Shown: piece by piece, positions 56,898-64,000 of the stretch
How positions within the stretch are numbered: position 1 is the stretch's first letter
Layout: each line of letters starts with the position of its first letter
NCBI GenBank assembly: GCA_965237955.1
Contig: OZ250169.1
Location: 5,696,001 to 5,760,000, forward strand
DNA from: Candidatus Marinacidobacterales bacterium
Lineage (GTDB): Bacteria > Acidobacteriota > Vicinamibacteria > Marinacidobacterales > SMYC01
Direction of reading: 5' to 3'
DNA length: 64,000 nt
The notes under the pieces: model-generated
What the model was told of the DNA's origin: nothing
Seen by the model: the letters and a program-made list of their open reading frames with translations, nothing else
Databases searched by the model: none
Position numbers and translations under genes: made by a program

Positions 56898-58141
56898 TAG
56901 TAAATGCCCCACTTGGTCTTGAAAATGTCACTAAAGGTCCACATCCAACGAAAGCCCTCGCGTCCTGCGGCGAAATCGATCCGCATGATGTACGCATCTT
57001 GGACCTTGAACCGCAAGCCGATGCCGGCGTTCCATTCGAGGTCACTGAAATCGACATCTTTGAGTCTCGGAGCGACTTTGCCGACATCGACGAAGATCGC
57101 CATGTCGAGTGCTGACGAGGCGTACCAGCGATGCTCGACGTTCACGATGATGGCCTGGTTGTCGTAAAAGCGGTAGCGCTGGAATCCGCGCAAGTTGTCG
57201 TTACCACCGAGCTTCGGCTGAAGGTAAAAGGGGATGACGCTGTCGTCGACGCCCTCTTCGGACGTGATCTCGGCGAAAACTCGGAACGCGATGACCCGGT
57301 TCTTGTTGAAGTACGGAATGTATTGCTGCACTTCGAAGACCAACTGGGTGAAGTCGAAAAGCCCGTGTTCCTCGTCCGTGTATTGCCGGACGGTGGTCGA
57401 GTAGAAGCCGCCGGAGCGCGGGCCGCTCGGGAGGTCACGATAGTCGACTTCGATGAACCCACCCCACCGGGAGTACCAGGTATCGATCTCGAAACCGGGC
57501 GCCTCTTTTTTGTCGAAGATCTCTTCGAGAGACGGGACTCCGCTGCGATTCCCCGGACCCGTGTGGACCGCGACCGTCCCGATCGTAGCTCCGACGCTCA
57601 AACTCGGAAGGATGTCGTAGCCCGCCCGGAAGTCGGTCGAAAAATCGTTGTAAGTGTAGCTGGTAAGATCGTCGAGGCTCGAGTCCGCGCCTTGACCGTA
57701 GTAGTCCATCTGCGGCGAGCTCTCGTACTTCGTGTAGAAGTTGACGAAAAAGCGCTCGGTCTCGATGCCTTGGAAGGCGACCTCGGCATCGAACATGTAG
57801 GCCAGCTGAGGCGTCATCCGGGCGGTTCCGCGAAAGCCGATCCTCTCCCGCCAGAGATCGGTGCGCCGATACCCGACCCCGAAGCTCATGCCTTGGCCGG
57901 ACCGCATCCCCCCGAGAACGAGCTGACCGCCGTTGGCACCTTTGCCGGAGCGCGCCCCATCGAGGAGACCGCGTTCGACGAGACCGTTGACATGGTCGAC
58001 GAGCGGTGATTCGCGCTCGGGCCACAGGCGCGCCCGCTGGTCTCTGCGTACTGCGAGGATTTCCTCGGTACGCGTGCGAAATTGCGCGCTCGCCGATACA
58101 GCGAGCGACAAGAAGATGACGATGTGTAGGGTTCGTCTCAT
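56897..58141 (-). CDS. Omp85 (BamA/TamA-like) beta-barrel without evident POTRA domains
   Basis: Signal peptide, amphipathic strands, loop motif LGG...LRGF..YRF.D, AIFVDVG, GIGLRF. Confidence 0.82.
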   Translation of the reverse strand: MRRTLHIVIFLSLAVSASAQFRTRTEEILAVRRDQRARLWPERESPLVDHVNGLVERGLLDGARSGKGANGGQLVLGGMRSGQGMSFGVGYRRTDLWRERIGFRGTARMTPQLAYMFDAEVAFQGIETERFFVNFYTKYESSPQMDYYGQGADSSLDDLTSYTYNDFSTDFRAGYDILPSLSVGATIGTVAVHTGPGNRSGVPSLEEIFDKKEAPGFEIDTWYSRWGGFIEVDYRDLPSGPRSGGFYSTTVRQYTDEEHGLFDFTQLVFEVQQYIPYFNKNRVIAFRVFAEITSEEGVDDSVIPFYLQPKLGGNDNLRGFQRYRFYDNQAIIVNVEHRWYASSALDMAIFVDVGKVAPRLKDVDFSDLEWNAGIGLRFKVQDAYIMRIDFAAGREGFRWMWTFSDIFKTKWGIY

Positions 58142-58187
58142 TTCCGGAGGATTCTATCGCGATTGGGTTCGACAGTTTCCGCGGCAC

Positions 58188-59084
58188 TCACGGAGAAAGT
58201 CCCGGCTCGTAATTGTTCACAAACTGCATGAACATCGACGCGTCGACCATATCCTTCGCGATATACCGGATGCTGTGCGAATCGATACGTTCTACGACCG
58301 ACAGATACGACAGGATCTCGGCTTGCCGGTAGTTCTTGAAGCTGATTTCGAGTTGCAGATCGCTGATGCGGCGCATGGGCTCGAACTCGTCGACTCGCTC
58401 GATAGCGCGCCGCGCGGCCGCTTCGATGACCTCGTAACCGGCCTCGGGGGTAAGGGTACGGGCGGAGTGAAAACTCTTGGCCCACTTCACGGTGGCACCT
58501 TCGACATCGTCGCCGACGTAGCGCTGCGTCTCCGCAACAATCGCGTCGTCTCCCGAGACCATGACGATGGGAACGCCGAAGTGACCGGCAATCGCGGCGT
58601 TGAAACCGGCTTCGGCGACCGACGTGCCGTTCAAGCGAACGTCGGTCAGCGTCGCACTGCTCATCGTGTGAGCGCGTACGCCTTCTGGGTTGGACGTCGA
58701 CGTGTGGTAGCCGATGAAGATGGCCGCATCGAAGCTCTCGTCGAGGCCGCCCATCATGCCGAGCGGACGCGGCCACGAACGGACGATCTGAACTTCCTTG
58801 GGTAGCCTGTCGATAAGAATGTTCTGACCGTTTCCGTGCGAGTCGCTCACCAGGAACTCGGTGGCACCCGCCGTGCGCGCGCCACGAATGGCGGCGAGCA
58901 CTTCTTCGGTCATGTACTCGCGAAACTTCTGATACTCGAACCCGGACGGGCTGAGTTGGGCTCCGGTCACGGCTCCGACGACGCCTTCCATATCCGCGGA
59001 TATGTAGACCTTGATCTGGGAGCTCGCCTGATGTGCGAGCGATAAAAGGACGACGGTCAGAATCGGTGCGACTCGTGTTCTCAT
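58188..59084 (-). CDS. dppA: D-aminopeptidase (M55), exported
   Basis: YISADMEG, DSHG, GYH, AHT, SGDD; N-terminal signal peptide. Confidence 0.92.
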   Translation of the reverse strand: MRTRVAPILTVVLLSLAHQASSQIKVYISADMEGVVGAVTGAQLSPSGFEYQKFREYMTEEVLAAIRGARTAGATEFLVSDSHGNGQNILIDRLPKEVQIVRSWPRPLGMMGGLDESFDAAIFIGYHTSTSNPEGVRAHTMSSATLTDVRLNGTSVAEAGFNAAIAGHFGVPIVMVSGDDAIVAETQRYVGDDVEGATVKWAKSFHSARTLTPEAGYEVIEAAARRAIERVDEFEPMRRISDLQLEISFKNYRQAEILSYLSVVERIDSHSIRYIAKDMVDASMFMQFVNNYEPGLSP

Positions 59085-59198
59085 GGAATAGCCTTTCGAA
59101 ACTCCGGCTTTTTATGTCAGCGCGAGCCAAATCGCAACTGCAGCAGGACGGCCTTTCGCGATAAACTTCCAGGTTCACTGTGTGCAGAACGGAGACCG

Positions 59199-60248
59199 AT
59201 GAGCGTTTTGAGTTCGATCGAGGATATTGCGGCGAAAGCCCGCGAGGAGCTTTCCCGAGTGGAGGACGAAAAGGCCCTCGAACAGTGGCGCATCGCCTTC
59301 ATGGGACGGAAAAGCCCGCTGCAATCGTTGCTGCGCTCGCTGGGCGAGCTCGACGCTGACGAGCGCCGTGACGCGGGACGCGCGGCCAACGAGCTCAAGG
59401 GCGAGCTCGATCGCTCTCTTGAGACGAAGCGCGACGAGCTTCGACTCGCACGCATCCGCGAAGCCGAGACCGCCGGGCGTGTCGACGTCACCCTTCCCGC
59501 ACGGCCACTGGCGGAAGGGAGGCTCCACCCGATCACGCAAACCCAGCGCGACATCATTGACGCCTTCGTGGCTCAAGGCTTCTCCGTGATCGAAGGTCCC
59601 GAGGTCGAGCTCGACTACTACAATTTCGAGGCGCTGCGTATTCCGAAAGACCATCCCGCCCGTGAGCTCATGGACACGTTCTATATCGATCGGGGTGGCG
59701 ACACGGACAGCGACACCAAGCTGCTCCTGAGAACACACACGTCGCCGAACCAGATTCGTTTCATGGAAAAGAACGAGCCGCCGATCCGGATCATCTGTCC
59801 CGGCCGCACCTATAGAAATGAAGCCACCGATCCGACCCACGAGTGGATGATCACGCAAACCGAAGTCCTGGCGGTGGACGAAGGTCTCACTCTGGCGCAC
59901 CTCAAGGGCACGCTCTTCGAGTTCGCCAAGCGTCTCTTCGGGCGTGAGCGCAAGATTCGTTTCCGTTGCGATTTTTTTCTCTTTGTCGAGCCCGGCGTCG
60001 ACATGGCGATCGACTGCTTCATCTGTGGCGGCGATGGATGCCGTATCTGTAAGAAGGAAGGCTGGATCGAGATTCTCGGCGCAGGGATGGTGCACCCCGA
60101 GATTCTCGAGAACATGGGGTACGACCCCGATATCTACACGGGTTTCGCCGCGGGACTCGGCGTCGAGAGGATCGCGATGTTGCGCTACGGCGTCGACGAC
60201 ATCCGGCATTTCTACGAAAATGACGTTCGCTTCTTGAGGCAGTTCTGA
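59199..60248 (+). CDS. pheS: Phenylalanyl-tRNA synthetase alpha subunit
   Basis: G.LHPI, HPAR..DTFY, LRTHTS, YRNE, WIEILGAGMVHP, G.ERIAML. Confidence 0.97.
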   Translation: MSVLSSIEDIAAKAREELSRVEDEKALEQWRIAFMGRKSPLQSLLRSLGELDADERRDAGRAANELKGELDRSLETKRDELRLARIREAETAGRVDVTLPARPLAEGRLHPITQTQRDIIDAFVAQGFSVIEGPEVELDYYNFEALRIPKDHPARELMDTFYIDRGGDTDSDTKLLLRTHTSPNQIRFMEKNEPPIRIICPGRTYRNEATDPTHEWMITQTEVLAVDEGLTLAHLKGTLFEFAKRLFGRERKIRFRCDFFLFVEPGVDMAIDCFICGGDGCRICKKEGWIEILGAGMVHPEILENMGYDPDIYTGFAAGLGVERIAMLRYGVDDIRHFYENDVRFLRQF

Positions 60249-60251
60249 GTC

Positions 60252-62669
60252 ATGCGCGTTCCCATCAAGTGGTTGAGTGAATACGTCAACCTGAGTCTGC
60301 CGATCGCCGACATTGCCCACCGGTTGACGATGGCCGGGCTCGAAGTCACCGGAATCGAGCGTACAGGAGAGGAGTGGGACGGCGTCGTCGTCGGCCACGT
60401 GCTCGACGTCAAGAAACATCCCGACGCCGATCGTTTGTCGCTCGTAAGCGTCGATGTCGGTGACGAAACGTTCGAGGTCGTTTGCGGCGCTCCCAACGTT
60501 GCCGCGGGGCAGAACATCGCCTACGCGAAGCTCGGGACGCGGCTCCACTTTTCCGGTGGCGCGCGCACGGGAGAGAAGAAAAAGCTCAAGAAAGCGAAGA
60601 TCCGTGGTGTGGTGTCGACCGGGATGGTGTGCTCCGCGCGGGAGCTGGGTCTGTCCGACGAGCACGAGGGTATTCTCGTTCTTTCCGAATCCACCGAGAA
60701 AGGGCAGCCGCTCGGCGACGTCCTCGGCGACACGGTTCTCGACATCGACATGAAACCGAACCGCGCCGACGGTCTTTCCATCGTCGGAGTCGCTCGCGAT
60801 GTTGCTGCTCTCACGGGCGAAAGCTTGTCGGAGCCGGATTGTTCCTTCGAGACTCTCGGAGGAGCTATCGAAGGGCGGGCGAGCGTCGAGATTCAGGACC
60901 CGGATCTGTGCGCGCGTTTCACCCTCGCGATCATTGAGAACATCAACATTGGTCCATCACCCGCCTGGATGCAGGAAGCGCTCCTTGGTGCGGGCATGCG
61001 GCCTATCAGCAATGTCGTCGATATCACCAACTACGTGATGCTCGAGCTCGGACAGCCCATCCACGCGTTCGACTACGACAAGGTCCGAGATCACAGCATC
61101 ATTGTGCGACGCGCCCGACAAGGTGAGAAGCTGAGCACGCTCGACGGAAAACAACGTACGTTCACATCCGACGAGCTCCTGATCACCGACCCGTCGGGAC
61201 CGATTGCCGTCGCCGGAGTCATGGGTGGGCTCCACACCGAAGTTACCGACGAGACGAAAACGATCTTGCTCGAGGTGGCGAATTTCGATCCGGTGAACAT
61301 TCGCCGTACCGCGATGGCCCTCAAGCTTCCTAGCGAGGCATCTCGTCGCTTCGCGTGGGGGATCGCGCCCGAGCTGGCGCCGATCACGTCCCGCCGGGTG
61401 ACCAAGTTTCTCGTCGAGCTCGCGGGCGGCAAAGCCTACGAGGATCTCGTGGACGCTTATCCGAGGCCGTCTCAAAAGGTGACGGTGTCTCTGCCCCGAA
61501 AGCGTATCCCCCAAGTGCTCGGGATCGATCCGCCAGAAGAGACAATCGTTTCCTCGCTCGAGGCGCTTGGTTTCGGGGTCGCCTCCCGAAATGGTGGCTT
61601 CGACGTCGACGTACCGTATTGGCGGCGCGACGTTCGATGTGCGGATGACGTCGTCGAAGAAGTTGCTCGTATGGTGGGCTACGAGACCATTCCTGCCGAG
61701 CCACTCGCGGGTCGGGTGCCTCCCGGCGTACCGCAACCGGTTCGTGAGCTCCGCGAGCGCATCCGGGACGTTCTCGTCGGCGGGGGGATGCAAGAAGTCA
61801 TCACCTATCCGCTGACGAGCATGGAAGTGTTGGCGCGCGTCGTGTCTCCCGAGACGCTCGAACACGTCGTGCCCCTCGTGGTCGTGAATCCCTTGAACGT
61901 TGGCGAAGAGCGGATGCGGACTTCGCTCCGCGCTTCGATGCTCGCGTGTGTCGCGCGCAATCTTCGCGTCACCAAAGAACATATGGCGTTTTTCGAGTGC
62001 GCACGCGTTTACACGCCGACGGCGCCGACTGAGGATGCACTTCCGCGTGAGAGCGAGCACGTGGTTGGTGCGGTGACCGGCGCCCGTCTCGATCGGTTCG
62101 GGAATGCGACCGACGATCACGTGGATTTTTTCGACGCGAAAGCCTACGTCGAACGCCTCTTCGATCGACTGAGCGTCGGCGTCAGTTTTGGCGCCACCGA
62201 AGAATATGGATTGCTCTCGGGCCGCACCGCGGAGATTCGGGTGGCGGATACCGTCGTCGGGGTCGTCGGGCAAGTGCATCCGAAGACGGCGCAAACGTTC
62301 GGGCTCGGACAAGACGTCTACTTGCTGGAAGTCACGCTCAACGAGCTCTTGCCTCATGTGCCGCCGGTGGCACATTACCGCCCGTTCTCGAAATACCCGG
62401 CGGTGGTCGAGGACTTGGCGGTTGTAGTCGATCGCGAGCAGACGGCGGCGACGGTTCTGGCGGAGATTATCGCGCACCCGCTCGTCGCCAACGCGCGCGT
62501 CTTCGACGAATATACGGGCGAGCAAGTGCCGGAAGGGAAAAAGTCTCTTGCGTTTGCGGTTTCCTATCAGGCGCCCGATCGAACGCTGACGGACTCGGAC
62601 GTCGCCAAGGCACGCGAGAGGATCGTTTCTCGCCTTCGAGGCCGGTGCGGAGCGGAGCTGCGTTCCTAG
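60252..62669 (+). CDS. pheT: Phenylalanyl-tRNA synthetase beta subunit
   Basis: HPDADRL, VCGAPNV, GMVCSAREL, PNRAD, VDITNYV, FDX-ACB C-terminus (RTLTD...AELR). Confidence 0.97.
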   Translation: MRVPIKWLSEYVNLSLPIADIAHRLTMAGLEVTGIERTGEEWDGVVVGHVLDVKKHPDADRLSLVSVDVGDETFEVVCGAPNVAAGQNIAYAKLGTRLHFSGGARTGEKKKLKKAKIRGVVSTGMVCSARELGLSDEHEGILVLSESTEKGQPLGDVLGDTVLDIDMKPNRADGLSIVGVARDVAALTGESLSEPDCSFETLGGAIEGRASVEIQDPDLCARFTLAIIENINIGPSPAWMQEALLGAGMRPISNVVDITNYVMLELGQPIHAFDYDKVRDHSIIVRRARQGEKLSTLDGKQRTFTSDELLITDPSGPIAVAGVMGGLHTEVTDETKTILLEVANFDPVNIRRTAMALKLPSEASRRFAWGIAPELAPITSRRVTKFLVELAGGKAYEDLVDAYPRPSQKVTVSLPRKRIPQVLGIDPPEETIVSSLEALGFGVASRNGGFDVDVPYWRRDVRCADDVVEEVARMVGYETIPAEPLAGRVPPGVPQPVRELRERIRDVLVGGGMQEVITYPLTSMEVLARVVSPETLEHVVPLVVVNPLNVGEERMRTSLRASMLACVARNLRVTKEHMAFFECARVYTPTAPTEDALPRESEHVVGAVTGARLDRFGNATDDHVDFFDAKAYVERLFDRLSVGVSFGATEEYGLLSGRTAEIRVADTVVGVVGQVHPKTAQTFGLGQDVYLLEVTLNELLPHVPPVAHYRPFSKYPAVVEDLAVVVDREQTAATVLAEIIAHPLVANARVFDEYTGEQVPEGKKSLAFAVSYQAPDRTLTDSDVAKARERIVSRLRGRCGAELRS

Positions 62670-62790
62670 TGCCGAAACGCCGGTTCGTCAGGCTACGTAG
62701 GTTCCGTGCGTGTCCCGAACTGATTCATGCACGGCTTGTCAGACCCAGCCCGCGGTACCGGTGCCCCTGACACAGCCCGGGTTTGAGTCA

Positions 62791-63241
62791 CTATTCCTGG
62801 TTCAGTTGAGTGAGAAGAGGTTTGCTGATCTTGGCCACGATGCTCACCTGCCTGCCCACGAGATCAGCCACGTCGTAACGGATCGAGGTGCCGAGAACCA
62901 TGGCGACTTCTGCAGCATTCAGGTTGTAGTCACTCTGAAGCCAACGTGCCAATTCGGAGGTGGCGCGCTGCATGGCCTGTGTAAGTGACCCTCCGATGCC
63001 GATGGCCATCAAAACGTCATCATTTTCAGCCCGTGGCGTGCCGATGGATTTTCCCGGTAGCACGTCCACCGTGAGCTCAAGTTCCAATGAGGTCTCGAGC
63101 GCAGAGCCGGTCAATTCTCCGTCTCCCTGGATAGCATGGCCATCACCCACAAATAACAGCGCGCCGGCCTGAAACACGGGCAAATAGACGGTCGTGCCCT
63201 CCCCAATCTGATTGTAGTCCATATTGCCGCCGTACTCGCCG
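62791..63241 (-). pseudogene. Acetamidase/formamidase family, 3' part; interrupted by ISx
   Basis: GGNMD, VYLPVF..GALLFVGDGHA.QGDGE; abuts the IS end at 63242. Confidence 0.85.
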
Positions 63242-64000
63242 TGTATTGGTTCAGCGTGAAGATGACAGCGAGGTTGGACGTTAACGCAACGCCCGGCGGC
63301 AGGATGTCCCCTATCGCCCCAGGGATCGTACCAGAGTGCTCGGGGGCGTCAAGGGTAAAGCGCGCTGCGCGCGGTAAAGCGCGCTGCGCGCGCCGGCTTC
63401 GCCGCCCTTGACGCCCCCTGCGCTCTCTGGTACTCAATGCTTGTGGGCGAGAGGGAACGGAGTGGGGCTCCTGGGATCAGAGTGTTCATGCGGGCACCTT
63501 GTTCGCACGGCGCTCACGCCGCAGCTTCCGAGCCTGCTCGAGTTTGCGGTCTCGCTCCGACCAGATCTGGGTGGCCTTGCCATCCATGAAGTCCAGCGGC
63601 GCAATGTAGCCGATCGCGCTGTGCAGGCGAACCCCGTTGTAATATTCGACGAATCGTTCCATCAAGCGGCGAGCCTCTTCGAGGCTCGTGGGGCTGGCAG
63701 GACAGGGCGTCCGATTTTATCGTCTTGTGCCAACGCTCGATCTTCCCGTTCGATTGCGGGTAGTACGGCGCGGTCCTCACGTGCGTCATCCCTGAGATGC
63801 GGATGAATGCCTTGAAGTCCTTCGCGATGTACTGCGGACCGTTGTCCGAGATGATTCGAGGCCGCGCATCGGGGTACAGGACGCAGGGCGTCCGATTTTA
63901 TCGTCTTGTGCCAACGCTCGATCTTCCCGTTCGATTGCGGGTAGTACGGCGCGGTCCTCACGTGCGTCATCCCTGAGATGCGGATGAATGCCTTGAAGTC
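63242..64000 (-). mobile_element. IS3-family 'ISx' copy, partial, with internal duplications
   Basis: Reverse complement of 26620-27237; end TGTATTGGTTCAGCG at 63242. Confidence 0.92.

Overview
GC-rich bacterial DNA; the gene style suggests an Acidobacteriota-like organism, but that is inference only. Two blocks of chromosomal genes are present. 5.8-17 kb holds an M20 amidohydrolase, Fe3+ binding protein, EEP hydrolase, cyclophilin, tetrahaem cytochrome c, YkgJ, DUF2231, aldo/keto reductase, metG and a dipeptidase. 48.8-63 kb holds a trypsin-like protease, arginase, hydrolase, TPR protein, an Omp85 + kinase-like pair, dppA and pheST. Between them (~17-48.5 kb) is an IS-saturated accessory region carrying foreign-looking cargo (DUF1549/1553 + DUF1501, HpcH aldolase, a NanM-like/sodium-solute symporter fusion, gad, ltrA), much of it broken, and ending near a tRNA-Leu 3' fragment. 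About 17 IS copies (IS3, IS21, IS256, IS481, ISL3, IS200) can be delimited by their ends and often by target duplications; several are nested, and a ~4.9 kb IS256-mediated inversion can be reconstructed. Best novelty candidates: (1) a ~1.5 kb element (once a nested IS481/IS21 is removed) whose only gene is a DUF222-like HNH protein, bounded by long imperfect inverted repeats and carrying three copies of a 20-bp palindrome, two inside the ORF; (2) a translationally coupled POTRA-less Omp85 barrel plus a large secreted kinase-like protein; (3) a candidate + strand structured RNA between the aldo/keto reductase and metG. All family calls are by motif recognition, without database searches.
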